Assembly (NCBI GenBank): GCA_035363115.1 | Contig: DAOSEM010000001.1 | Location: 271,356-335,355, forward strand | DNA length: 64,000 bases | Source of the DNA: Syntrophales bacterium | Lineage (GTDB): Bacteria; Desulfobacterota; Syntrophia; Syntrophales; PHBD01 | Reading direction: 5' to 3' | Shown here: in pieces, positions 40,813 to 50,460 of the stretch | Layout of the letters: every line of letters begins with the position of its first letter | How positions within the stretch are numbered: position 1 is the stretch's first letter | Made by a program: the position numbers and the translations under genes | The notes under the pieces: generated by a model | The model's database searches: none | The model's input: the letters and a program-made list of their open reading frames with translations, nothing else | What the model was told of the DNA's origin: nothing

Positions 40813-43041
40813 TCAGGTCCTGTCCGGCCCCCCCGGCGCCGGGACGCCCGTTCCGAAGAGCTGCTCCACCCGGGCCAGCCGCCGGGACGCCTCCCGGGTC
40901 GGCTTCCCCGCCGCGGAGACGATCTTCCGGATGGCTTCGAGCGCCCTTGCCCGCAGGCGGGCATCCGGGGGCAGCATGGACGGGATCGCGGCCAGCGCCG
41001 CTTCGCGGTCCAGGAGCAGGCTGTAGAACTGCCGCCTCACCATGCGCTTGAATTCCTCCAGGGTGACGGCGTCATTGCGGGCGCGCATCATGCGCAGGGC
41101 CTTGAAGTGGCGCTCGTCCACCCCGAACCCCGCTTCCAGCGTGCCGATGTAGATCAGGCTGCGGACGGCCGCCTCGTGCAAGCCGCCCTCGGCGATGCGG
41201 GCCTTGAAGGCGGCGATGCGCCCCCGGATGAACTCGATCCGCTCCGGCTCCACGCCGGGCCGCCGGCGCGGGCCCGCGTCGGTCGCCCGCAGTCCCACCA
41301 GCGCCTGCAGCAGGGGGGAGCCGTACGTCCACAGGAAGACCTGTTCCACGCTCCTGTCCCTCCAGTCGCGCCAGCCGTCGAGGGCGGCGACGATTCCCTC
41401 CGAGACCGCCGACTGCACCTCCTGCAGCCAGTTGTCGGGCGGCAGGGGCCGGCGCTCCCCTCGGACTTCTTCGGCGAGCCGGGCGAGAGGCTTCATCAGC
41501 GGGTTCTTGTCGGAAAAGAGCTCGAAGGGAAGCACCGCGGGATTCGTCATGTGCAGCCACGAGGCGACGGCGTCGTTGGCGAAGGTCTGCACGAAGGGCT
41601 GCAGCGTCATGCGGTACAGGCCTAGATTGATTTCGGAGACCCGGCGGGCCGTTGCGAACCGGCGGTCGTTTTCCAGGCTCGGCCGGACGACGGCCCGGAT
41701 GTCGTCCAGGGTGCGGGGCTCGAACCGCACGATCCACTCCCCGGGGACCAGGTCCGGGCTGGCGGCCTCGCCGGTCTTGGGGGTCATGACCGCCTCGAAC
41801 AGCCCGGGCGGAAGGACGTCGATCAGGTCGATGTTGGAGGCGAATTCATCGTGCTCTTTCCGGGCCACCGAGCCGGACACGAAGATGCCGAGGTGGCCGA
41901 TGCTCTCGTGGATCGCATAGACGATGGTCTGGTCGCAGGCGAAGAGGTCTTCGTCCTTCTCGTACAGGTCGACGATCCAGCCGAGGGCCTGCTGGGGGGG
42001 CGTGATGTTGTCTCCTTTCGAGCAGAAGCAGACGATGGGCGAGCGGATGTTGCGCAGGTCGACACGGATCCCGTCGCTGGTGGTGATCTCGGCGGTGGCG
42101 AGCCGGTTGCCGACGAACAGATGGTCGACGATCCACTGCATCTCCGCGGCGTTGAGGTTGACGTGGCCGCCCCAGTAGTTCTCGAACTCCAGGAAGCGGG
42201 CCGCCTCGGTATCCACCTTCGCCCAGACGTTGTAGTTCTTGGCCCACAGGGTGTTGGCCGGATTGAGGTTCTCGAAATTTTCCACCAGGTAGGCGCCGTC
42301 GAACTTGCCGTTGCCCAGGTCTCCGGTGAGGGCGGTGAGCCAGCTTCCCCCCAGCAGCCCGCCGCTGTAGCGCATGGGATTCTGCCCCTCCACGCCGGCC
42401 CAGTAGGAAAGCGGGGCGCCGGCGATGATGATCGGGCCGAACAGATCCGGTCGCAGTGCCGCCAGCATCATGACCGACCAGCCGGCCTGGCAGTTGCCGA
42501 TCACGCAGGGCCGGCCCTCCGCGTCCGGGTGCAGCTCGATCACCTTTTCCAGGAAGACCGCTTTGGCCCGGATGATGTCCTCGATGGTCTGGTCGGGCAT
42601 CGGTTCGGGCAGGAACCCGATGAAATAGCAGGGGTGTCCGGCGCGCAGGGCCACGCCGATCTCGCTGTCGGCTTTGAACCCGCCGATCCCCGGTCCGTGC
42701 CCGGCCCGCGGATCGACCACGACGAAGGGGCGCTTCAGCGGGTCGACGACGATCCCCGCGGGCGGCTTGATCCGCACCAGTCCATAGCTGGCGGGCCGCT
42801 CGAAGAACAGGCCGTTGAGCACCGGCTCGGCCTCGAAATGAAGAACGTGCGGCACAACCATCGCCTTGTGCCGGCGGTACTGGTTGCCCCGCTGCCGGAG
42901 CACGTCCCAGTACAGGATCGTGCGCTGCCAGGCATCCGCCCAGTAGTCGACGGCCTGCTGTACGAAACCGGGCACCGCCGGTGCGCCGAATTTGGATTCC
43001 TCTGGGGGTGTCACGGGCAAACCTCCTTGCTGTTCTGTCAT
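40813..43041 (-). CDS. DUF3141 protein (PHA-synthase-like alpha/beta hydrolase fold)
   Basis: ORF trimmed to the ATG at 43039-43041 (ATGA overlap with the mlaA stop). YWADAWQRTILYWDVLRQRGNQY and a nucleophile-elbow-like VIGNCQAGW with Cys. About 740 aa. Confidence 0.7.
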   Translation of the reverse strand: MTEQQGGLPVTPPEESKFGAPAVPGFVQQAVDYWADAWQRTILYWDVLRQRGNQYRRHKAMVVPHVLHFEAEPVLNGLFFERPASYGLVRIKPPAGIVVDPLKRPFVVVDPRAGHGPGIGGFKADSEIGVALRAGHPCYFIGFLPEPMPDQTIEDIIRAKAVFLEKVIELHPDAEGRPCVIGNCQAGWSVMMLAALRPDLFGPIIIAGAPLSYWAGVEGQNPMRYSGGLLGGSWLTALTGDLGNGKFDGAYLVENFENLNPANTLWAKNYNVWAKVDTEAARFLEFENYWGGHVNLNAAEMQWIVDHLFVGNRLATAEITTSDGIRVDLRNIRSPIVCFCSKGDNITPPQQALGWIVDLYEKDEDLFACDQTIVYAIHESIGHLGIFVSGSVARKEHDEFASNIDLIDVLPPGLFEAVMTPKTGEAASPDLVPGEWIVRFEPRTLDDIRAVVRPSLENDRRFATARRVSEINLGLYRMTLQPFVQTFANDAVASWLHMTNPAVLPFELFSDKNPLMKPLARLAEEVRGERRPLPPDNWLQEVQSAVSEGIVAALDGWRDWRDRSVEQVFLWTYGSPLLQALVGLRATDAGPRRRPGVEPERIEFIRGRIAAFKARIAEGGLHEAAVRSLIYIGTLEAGFGVDERHFKALRMMRARNDAVTLEEFKRMVRRQFYSLLLDREAALAAIPSMLPPDARLRARALEAIRKIVSAAGKPTREASRRLARVEQLFGTGVPAPGGPDRT

Positions 43042-43823
43042 TTCATGATCAGCAACTCGTCCCATTTGCAATAGAGAAAACGAAGGAAATCGTACTCGAA
43101 GGGATAGCCGCTCTCATAGTACCGGAACGGCACCCGGTGTCTTGTGTCGACGGCTTCCAGCGCGGATACGCCCGCGAGGATGACCTCTCCGTGGTTGACG
43201 TTCCCGAGGGGGTCGATGGCGTAGAGCGCGGCGTAACGGATGCCCGCGTCCACTGCGAGCCCTCCTGTTCCGCGCACCGTGCTGGGGCCCAGCACGGGCA
43301 GGATCAGGTAGGGACCGGCATTGACGTTCCAGCGGCCCAGGGTCTGGCCGAAGTCGCCGTGCTGCCGTTTCAGCCCCATCGGCGTGGCCGCATCGAACAG
43401 GCCGCCGACGCCGAGGGTGCTGTTGGCCAGGAAGCGGCCGAGCGTGATGACGAACTTTTTCCCCTGCAACTGGAAAACGCTGTTGTAGAGTGTCCGAAGT
43501 TCTCCTATATTACTGAAAACGTTGGAGATACCCTTCTGGGCAAGGGTGGGGACGATGAACTCGTAGCCCTTTACGACGGGAATCACGACGTATCGGTCGA
43601 GGCGGTAGTTGAAGTTGTACATGCCGCGGTTGAAGCGCTCCCAGGGATCCTTGATGACGGCGATGCCCTCGTCGTCGCTGAATTCCTCGATCGAGTGCAT
43701 GGCCGGAACCTCGGGAAGCACCCCGGGAGCCGTCGTAGCGGCACATCCGGCCATGACGGAAACCAGGCACAGGACGATCAGGATCGGGCGGGCAAGACGA
43801 AAGAGAGACGGCATGCGGTACAC
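43038..43823 (-). CDS. mlaA: MlaA/VacJ family outer-membrane lipoprotein
   Basis: Lipobox VMAGC. DPWERFNRGMYNFNYRLDRYVVIPVVKGY...GDFGQTLGRWNVNAGPYLILPVLGPSTVRG is the VacJ signature. Confidence 0.88.
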   Translation of the reverse strand: MYRMPSLFRLARPILIVLCLVSVMAGCAATTAPGVLPEVPAMHSIEEFSDDEGIAVIKDPWERFNRGMYNFNYRLDRYVVIPVVKGYEFIVPTLAQKGISNVFSNIGELRTLYNSVFQLQGKKFVITLGRFLANSTLGVGGLFDAATPMGLKRQHGDFGQTLGRWNVNAGPYLILPVLGPSTVRGTGGLAVDAGIRYAALYAIDPLGNVNHGEVILAGVSALEAVDTRHRVPFRYYESGYPFEYDFLRFLYCKWDELLIMK

Positions 43824-43825
43824 CT

Positions 43826-45100
43826 CTACTGCTGAAAGAAGCCGACCAGGTCGGTCATGTTGTCCCGGTATTCAAGGTTTCCCATGTGCCCCCCGCGCGG
43901 ATAGACCCGGGTCCGCTCTCCGAAGAGCACGCGCAGATAATCGATTTCGTCCTTCGAAAGGATGAAGTCGTCTTCGTTCGTCATCGCCCCGAACTTGGGG
44001 GATGCCTTCAGGTACGCCTCGATGCTCCTGAGGCCCAGGGAATCGATGTAGGCCGCCCGGTCGAGCCCCGGCCGCTTCCCGCGGAAGTGGGGGTAGACAT
44101 ACTCGTCGAAGAAGTTGAGAAAACTCAGGTGGACGGAGACCCGGAAATAGTCGCCGAGCGGGTCGGTGGCGCTGAGAGCACGGTTTTTCGGTACGACGTA
44201 GCCGCCGTTGGTCATGACATCGGAGGTGAAAATCATTCCGGCCAGGGAGATCCGGAAGGTGAGCCCGATGAGCGCCCCGCTTTCCTCGCGCGAGAAGAGG
44301 TGGGCCTGGTAGATCGCGTAGAGGAACTCGTTGTCGATGTCGACATAATCGCCCCTGCGGTAGAACTCGGTGAACCGGGCGAGCATCCGGTTGAAGAAGG
44401 TGCCGATCTTTCGCTGGCCGCCGGGGATCCGGTCCAGGAGACCCTCGATGCGGGTGACCGAGTGGTAGAGATTCACCGCCGGATTGACCAGGAGGACCCT
44501 GCGAAAGTTGAATGTGCGGCGCTCCTCGTCCAGCCTGGCCACGAAGGCCGCCTGGGTCCCTCCCAGGCTGTAACCGCAGAGGTGGAACTCGGACACCTCG
44601 ACATCCGCCTTCACCCGGTCCCAGACGAGCTCCATGGCCCGGTGGAGATCTTCCGCATCCTCGGTCAGGTCGCCGGGAACGTGGCTTCGGGAGGCGTTGA
44701 TGATGAAGTTCGGGTGGCTGGGGGACGGCAGGGTGATGACGTGGTAGCCTGCCTTGTAGAGGGCCGCCATCATCACCAGCGCTTTCTGCGACTGGTCATC
44801 GGCGCCGGTCCCGGCGATCAGGAAAACCAGGGGAGCCTTCCCGTCCTGGCAGGCCAGCGTACAGCGAAGTCCCTCGTCGTAGAAGAACACATCGGGTTTC
44901 CGGAGCGCGGGACGGATGTCGACGACAACCTGGCGAACCCGGATGCGCTCCGGAGGCGGCGCCTTGAGGGGATCGGGGGTCCCCAGGATCGTGGCCTCGT
45001 AGGCGCCCGGGATCGGGTATCCGTAGTCCTGGTCCGCCGCCGGTCCGGCAGCGGGCAGCAGCAGGAGACAGAGCATGCAAAGGGTGATGAAGCGCTTCAT
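43826..45100 (-). CDS. Secreted alpha/beta hydrolase (lipase/esterase-like)
   Basis: Signal peptide MKRFITLCMLCLLLLPAAGPAA. Nucleophile elbow LCGYSLGG. The stop lies 2 nt before the mlaA start. Confidence 0.7.
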   Translation of the reverse strand: MKRFITLCMLCLLLLPAAGPAADQDYGYPIPGAYEATILGTPDPLKAPPPERIRVRQVVVDIRPALRKPDVFFYDEGLRCTLACQDGKAPLVFLIAGTGADDQSQKALVMMAALYKAGYHVITLPSPSHPNFIINASRSHVPGDLTEDAEDLHRAMELVWDRVKADVEVSEFHLCGYSLGGTQAAFVARLDEERRTFNFRRVLLVNPAVNLYHSVTRIEGLLDRIPGGQRKIGTFFNRMLARFTEFYRRGDYVDIDNEFLYAIYQAHLFSREESGALIGLTFRISLAGMIFTSDVMTNGGYVVPKNRALSATDPLGDYFRVSVHLSFLNFFDEYVYPHFRGKRPGLDRAAYIDSLGLRSIEAYLKASPKFGAMTNEDDFILSKDEIDYLRVLFGERTRVYPRGGHMGNLEYRDNMTDLVGFFQQ

Positions 45101-45330
45101 TCGACAGGACCTCGTTGCGTGACGGCCTCAGGCCGATAAGGAGTTGCCGGGCGAAATGCTCCGGGGGACGAATCAAGGAATGGTCCTTCTATACATGATC
45201 GGGGGCCGCGTGCAGAGGAAAAAATCGGGTCGAAAGAACATCTTGCCCAACGGCCGGGAGGATTGTATCCTCTGCCGCGATACGGGTAGTGTTTCAAGCC
45301 TCCACCCCTTCCCCTGGAAAGGAGAAAATC

Positions 45331-47046
45331 ATGTTCCGGAGAAAAATCGCGCTTTCCGGCAATCGGATGCGGCATTGCCCCGGGAGGGCTCTCGCCGTTC
45401 TTCTCCTGCTGTTCCTGGCTGCCCCGGCAATCCCGGCCGGGGCCTCCGAGACGGTCCCGTCGAAGATCCGGGACGTCATGCTCTTCACGGATCAGGCCCT
45501 GGTCACCCGGGAGGCGTCAATCCGCGTCAAGCCGGGCCTCCACGAGCTGCTCCTGGACGTGGAGGCCTTCCAGGTGGACGGTGACTCCGTCACGGCCAGG
45601 GTCTTCGGGGACGGGGAGATCCTGGGCGTCCAGTTCCGGGAGGTACCCCTCCGGGAGGCGGCCCAGGAGAACATCAGGACCCTGGAGCAGAAGCTCAAGT
45701 CCCTGCGCAGGACGGAGCGGCGCCTGAACGACGACAGGGAGGTCCTCGCAAAGAAGGAGCAGTTTCTGAAATCCGTCGTCTCCTTCTCCGAGGGGCAGGT
45801 GCCCAAGGACATCAAGACGTCCTTCCCGAAAACGGAAGACCTGGACAAGACCGTCCGGTTCCTGGGTACGCAGTTTGATGCCGTCGCGCGGGACCGGCGG
45901 GCCCTGGACGAGAAGATCGAGGACGTCCGGAAGGACATTGCGGTCGCCGAAAAGGAGCTGCAGGCCTTGCGGAGACCCTCGGGAGAGGCGAAGAAGGTCA
46001 TCGAGGTGACCTTCCGGGCCGCCCGGGAGCATCGCATCCGCGTCGAGGCGTCCTACCTCGTGCGGCAGGCCGCGTGGGGCGCCCTCTACCGGGCCTCCGT
46101 TCCCGCCTCCATGGACGGCGTGGACCTGTCCCTGTTTTCCCGGATCCGGCAGAAGACGGGAGAGGACTGGGACAAGGTGGCCCTCTCCCTCTCCAACGTG
46201 GTTCCCCTCAAGGGTGTCGACCTTCCCGAAGCCGCCCCCTGGATCCTCTCGATGCCGAGGCCCGCGCCCATGGCCTACCGGAAGGCCGAGCGCAACGGCA
46301 TGAGCCGGGCCAAGGCCACCATGGCGGCGCCGGCCCCGATGGCGGAGGCCTTGGCCGGGGCCGTGGAAGACGAAGCCCCCGCCCGGGAGGCCGCCTTCGT
46401 CTCTGCCGCCCGGGAGGCGGGTGCGCTGTCCTTCGAGTACCGCATCCCCCAGGCGGTGAGCATCGAGTCGCGGGACAAGGAGACGATCCTGCCCCTGACG
46501 GCTAAGCGCCTCAAGGGGGATTTCTTCCTCTACACGGTGCCGAAGGTCAACAGCCTTGCCTTTCTCGTGTGCCGGACCGCCTCCGACGCGGAGCTCCTGA
46601 GCGGGCCGCTGAACGTCTATTTCAGCGGGCGCTACGTTGGCAAGACCACGCTTGCGGAAAAGCGGCCGGGCAGGGAGTTCTACCTGAACCTGGGGGCCGA
46701 CCGGGAGGTGAAGGTCCAGCGGGTGAAGAGCCGGGACAGGCTGAAGGAGACCCTCTTCGGGATGGAGCGGAACACGGCCGTCCGCGAGCTTTCCTACACG
46801 CTGACGGTCGAGAACCTGAAGGACAAGCCCGTTACCGTCCGGATTCTCGACGCCGTGCCGGTCTCCCGGACCGACCGGATCCAGGTGAAGGACCTGAAGC
46901 TCGACCCCCAGCCGAAGGAAAAGGACGTCCAGGGCCAGGAGGGCGTCTACCTCTGGGAAGTCGCGCTGAAGCCGGGAGAAAAGCGGGATGTCGGCATCTC
47001 CTTCGAGGTGTCCTACCCCAAGGACACGCCGCCCGTCGGCCTGTAG
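45331..47046 (+). CDS. DUF4139 / mucoidy-inhibitor MuiA-like secreted protein
   Basis: ORF trimmed to the ATG at 45331 (GGAAAGGAGAAAATC upstream). Signal peptide, central coiled coil (IRTLEQKLKSLRRTERRLNDDREVLAKKEQ), and beta-rich ends. Family assignment is from memory. Confidence 0.6.
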   Translation: MFRRKIALSGNRMRHCPGRALAVLLLLFLAAPAIPAGASETVPSKIRDVMLFTDQALVTREASIRVKPGLHELLLDVEAFQVDGDSVTARVFGDGEILGVQFREVPLREAAQENIRTLEQKLKSLRRTERRLNDDREVLAKKEQFLKSVVSFSEGQVPKDIKTSFPKTEDLDKTVRFLGTQFDAVARDRRALDEKIEDVRKDIAVAEKELQALRRPSGEAKKVIEVTFRAAREHRIRVEASYLVRQAAWGALYRASVPASMDGVDLSLFSRIRQKTGEDWDKVALSLSNVVPLKGVDLPEAAPWILSMPRPAPMAYRKAERNGMSRAKATMAAPAPMAEALAGAVEDEAPAREAAFVSAAREAGALSFEYRIPQAVSIESRDKETILPLTAKRLKGDFFLYTVPKVNSLAFLVCRTASDAELLSGPLNVYFSGRYVGKTTLAEKRPGREFYLNLGADREVKVQRVKSRDRLKETLFGMERNTAVRELSYTLTVENLKDKPVTVRILDAVPVSRTDRIQVKDLKLDPQPKEKDVQGQEGVYLWEVALKPGEKRDVGISFEVSYPKDTPPVGL

Positions 47047-47066
47047 GGGCCGTGGGGAGGGCGCCC

Positions 47067-47429
47067 ATGGGAGCGGCCGGGCGGCGGCTGTCCCGGGAGC
47101 GGAAGACCCTGGAGGCCATGATCCGACTCCGGTGCCGGGACGTCCACAGGCCGGAGGGAGGCGGTCTCTGCGGGGAGTGCAGCGATCTTCTCCGGTACGC
47201 CGAGGGACGCCTCGCAAAGTGCCCCTTCGGGGAGGGGAAGCCCACCTGTGCCCGCTGCCCCGTCCATTGCTACCGGCCGGAGATGCGGGAACGGATCCGG
47301 GAGGTCATGCGCTACGCCGGGCCCCGGATGATCCGGGAGCATCCCTGGCTGGCCATGATGCACCTCCTGGACGGGCGCCGGAAAACGCCCGGGAGGCCGG
47401 GCAAAGGGCGAGGCAGCCCGGAGGGATGA
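47067..47429 (+). CDS. Nitrous-oxide-stimulated promoter family (YgbA-like) Cys-rich protein
   Basis: RKTLEAMIRLRCRDVH...LCGECSDLLRYAEGRLAKCPFGEGKPTCARCPVHCYRPEMRERIREVMRYAGPRM. GGGGAGG lies upstream of the ATG. Confidence 0.7.
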   Translation: MGAAGRRLSRERKTLEAMIRLRCRDVHRPEGGGLCGECSDLLRYAEGRLAKCPFGEGKPTCARCPVHCYRPEMRERIREVMRYAGPRMIREHPWLAMMHLLDGRRKTPGRPGKGRGSPEG

Positions 47430-47478
47430 CTGTCGTCGGCTGCCGCCCCGAATCAAATCATTCAGGAGAGTTCACTTC

Positions 47479-48297
47479 ATGGACAAGGTCATCATCACCG
47501 CCGCGATCACGGGCAGCCGCATGATGCGCGATGTCGCCCCCCACATCCCCATCACGCCGGAGGAGATCGCCACCTCCGCCGTCGAGGCCTGGCAGGTCGG
47601 GGCCTCCATCGTCCACCTCCACGTCCGGGACCCCGAGACGGGCCTCGGCTCCCAGGACCCGGACCTGTTCCGGCGCGTCGTGGAGCCCCTCCGGGAGAAG
47701 ACGGACCTGATCCTGAGCCTCACCACCAGCGGCATTCCCGGGCGGAACCTGCCGACGGAGGAGCGCCTGGCCCCCCTGGCCCTGAAGCCGGAGCTGGCCT
47801 CTTTCGATGCCGGATCGATCAACCTCGGCGGTCGCGTCTTCGCCAACAGCCCGGAATTCCTGGACGAGGCCGCACGGATGATGCGGGAGGCAGGGGTGAA
47901 GCCGGAGATCGAGGTCTTCGACCTGGGGATGCTTATCACGGCCGTCCGGATGCGGGACGAGGGGAAGCTGGACGACCCGCTCCACTTCCAGTTCGTCCTG
48001 GGGACCCCCTGGGGGGCGCCGGCGACGCCCAAGTCTTTCCTCCACCTTCACGAGCACCTGCCCGCGGACGCCACCTGGTCGACCATCGGCATCGGCCGGG
48101 GCTCCCTGCCCATGGCCATGATGGCCCTCATCCTGGGCGGCCACATCCGGGTGGGCATGGAGGACAACATCTACGTGGACCGGGGGGTGCCGGCGAAGAC
48201 GAACGCCGAGCTGGTGGAGCGGGTGGTCCGCATCTGCCGGGCCTACGGCCGGGACATCGCCACGCCCGCCGAGGCGAGAAAGATCCTGGGAATTTAG
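47479..48297 (+). CDS. 3-keto-5-aminohexanoate cleavage enzyme family (BKACE, DUF849)
   Basis: MDKVIITAAITGS...PITPEEIATSAVEAWQVGASIVHLHVRDPETG...GHIRVGMEDN are BKACE hallmark motifs. Confidence 0.85.
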   Translation: MDKVIITAAITGSRMMRDVAPHIPITPEEIATSAVEAWQVGASIVHLHVRDPETGLGSQDPDLFRRVVEPLREKTDLILSLTTSGIPGRNLPTEERLAPLALKPELASFDAGSINLGGRVFANSPEFLDEAARMMREAGVKPEIEVFDLGMLITAVRMRDEGKLDDPLHFQFVLGTPWGAPATPKSFLHLHEHLPADATWSTIGIGRGSLPMAMMALILGGHIRVGMEDNIYVDRGVPAKTNAELVERVVRICRAYGRDIATPAEARKILGI

Positions 48298-48699
48298 TCT
48301 CCTGCCGAAATTCGGATTCATTCTTTCAACGAGGCAAACCATTCGTTTCCACCGCATTGCCGCCCCCCCGGACGGCAATCCACGGTTCCAAGGACCGGCC
48401 TTTCCCATCACCCCGCCAAACCTGCGCCGACGGGGACAAAGCAGGGTGACCGGCGTCCACACGTGGTAAGCCTCGGTTTTTTTCCTTCTGTCCGGCTGAT
48501 GTGCACCCGCTTAAGCCCCGTTTCATGTTCCCGCTTTTTTCTTATCGCTGATCCACTTTTCGGCCATGACCAAACGGCCTGGTAGAGGTCCATGCCTGTA
48601 CCGATGGTCGAACGTTTCCCCTCGGCCACGGCGATGCGGGTCGGTGGAAGTAGAACATGCCGATTATTTTACGGATTACATGACCACGATAAAAACGAC

Positions 48700-48749
48700 T
48701 TGACAGGCGAAGGGAGAAAACTTAATTTTCGAACCAAAAGTTAAGTTTT
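48700..48749 (+). promoter_or_regulatory. Putative promoter with overlapping TetR operator for the TetR-MFP-RND operon
   Basis: TTGACA (48700-48705), a 17-nt spacer, then TAATTT (48723-48728). 9-bp perfect inverted arms AAAACTTAA (48717-48725) and TTAAGTTTT (48741-48749) flank a TTCGAA-centred spacer. Confidence 0.45.
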
Positions 48750-48762
48750 TCTGGAGCGACTC

Positions 48763-49371
48763 ATGGCCAAGAATCTGGACAAGGAAAAAATCCTCGATGT
48801 GGTCCGCACGATGTCGGTGAAATACGGCTTCGACAAGCTGACCCTGGCGGACATCGTCCGCCCCCTCGGCGTCAAGAAAACGGCCCTCTATCATTACTTC
48901 CCCGGCGGAAAGTGGGAGATGATCGAGGCCATGCTGCACTCCGAGGAAGAGAAGATCATGCGGAAGATGGAGGAGGCCGTCGCCGGGGAATCCGATCCCC
49001 GTCAGAAGCTGCGGGCCATGGTTCTGTCGGTCCTCGAACACACCCGCGGCCTGAGGGAGATGCTGGACGTCCCCAGAGAGATGGCGGAGCAATTGGGCGT
49101 CATTTACGGCAACATCGAGCTGTCCTTCAACCGGAACATGATCGACACGCTCATTGCGATTCTCGAAGAAGGAAAAATTCTGAAAATATTCACGGACATC
49201 GATACGAGTCAGCTGGCCATGTCGATACACTTCATCATGCATCGCATCCATCCGCCCCTTGCCTATGAGGAGAGCTGGCCGGTGCTGAAGGAGCGGGTGG
49301 ACGGGTTTCTGAACCTGCTCTTCTACGGGATCGTCCGCCCTGAATGCCGTCCGGTGCCCGAACGAGCATGA
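48763..49371 (+). CDS. TetR family transcriptional regulator
   Basis: KEKILDVVRTMSVKYGFDKLTLADIVRPLGVKKTALYHYFPGGKWEM is the TetR HTH. Confidence 0.88.
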   Translation: MAKNLDKEKILDVVRTMSVKYGFDKLTLADIVRPLGVKKTALYHYFPGGKWEMIEAMLHSEEEKIMRKMEEAVAGESDPRQKLRAMVLSVLEHTRGLREMLDVPREMAEQLGVIYGNIELSFNRNMIDTLIAILEEGKILKIFTDIDTSQLAMSIHFIMHRIHPPLAYEESWPVLKERVDGFLNLLFYGIVRPECRPVPERA

Positions 49372-49389
49372 GTGGAACGGTGAGGCCGC

Positions 49390-50460
49390 ATGTTGAAACC
49401 CAGAGGTAATCGTATCGAACGCGTCCGTTTCATTGCCTGCCTTCTCGTGATTCCTGTGTTTCTTGCGGCCGGCTGCAGCGGTGGCAAAAGCGCGAGCGAG
49501 CAGGTGAGCGCCCCCGTCCCCGTGGCCGTGAAAACAATCGAGAAAACGGACGTCGAAAAGGTCATCTCCGTCACTGGGAACATCGAAGGGCTGAGAACCG
49601 CGCGCCTGGGCTTCCTGGTGGCCGGGAAGGTCAACTACATCGCCGCGAGGGAAGGGGAGACGGTCCGGGCGGGGCAGCTCCTGGCCAGCCTCGACCCGGA
49701 GAGCTACCGGATCGGCAAGGAGTTGGCCGACGCCGCCGTCGCCCAAATCGAGGACGAGCACCGGCGACTGACCCTGATGCACGAGCGGAAGAGCCTCTCG
49801 GACGGCGACTACGCGAAGATCAACAGCGGTCTGCGGCAGGCCCGGGCGCAGCAGCGGCTGCAGGCGAAAAACCTGGCGGACACGAGGCTGTACACGCCTT
49901 TCAGCGGGATTCTCCTGAAGCGCGGGGTCGAAGTCGGGGAGATCATCGGCACGGGCATGCCCGTCTTCGCGGTCTCCGACATCCACGTCGTGAAGGTCAA
50001 CGCCTCTGTTCCCGAGACGGACCTGCAGTTCATCCGGATGGGCTCCGAGGCCCGGGTGCGCATTTCCTCCCTCGATTCCGAGTATGCCGGGAAGGTCGTG
50101 GAGATCGGCTCCCTCGCGGAAGCGACGACCCGGGCGTTTCCCGTGAAGATCGAAGTCGGGAACCCCGATCTGCTCATGCGTCCGGGCATGACGGCGGACA
50201 TCCGGATCCAGTCCGGAAAGAAGACGGAGATCATGGCCGTGCCCGGGGAAGCGGTCATGCGAGACCCGGACAATGCGGCCTATGTCTTCGTCGTTGATGA
50301 AAACCGGAAACAGGCCTTCAAGCGCAGGATTTCCCTCGGGGAGATCCGTGAAAACGGCATCGCCGTGACCTCCGGCCTCGCTCCGGGCGAGCAGGTCGTG
50401 GTCGGCGGCCAGCATAAGCTGAATGACGGAACTCCCGTGACAGTCAAGCAGGCACCATGA
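49390..50460 (+). CDS. RND efflux periplasmic adaptor (MFP) lipoprotein
   Basis: Lipobox LAAGC. Also LYTPFSGILLKRGVEVGE and MRPGMTADIRI. ATGA-type overlap with the downstream RND start. Confidence 0.88.
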   Translation: MLKPRGNRIERVRFIACLLVIPVFLAAGCSGGKSASEQVSAPVPVAVKTIEKTDVEKVISVTGNIEGLRTARLGFLVAGKVNYIAAREGETVRAGQLLASLDPESYRIGKELADAAVAQIEDEHRRLTLMHERKSLSDGDYAKINSGLRQARAQQRLQAKNLADTRLYTPFSGILLKRGVEVGEIIGTGMPVFAVSDIHVVKVNASVPETDLQFIRMGSEARVRISSLDSEYAGKVVEIGSLAEATTRAFPVKIEVGNPDLLMRPGMTADIRIQSGKKTEIMAVPGEAVMRDPDNAAYVFVVDENRKQAFKRRISLGEIRENGIAVTSGLAPGEQVVVGGQHKLNDGTPVTVKQAP

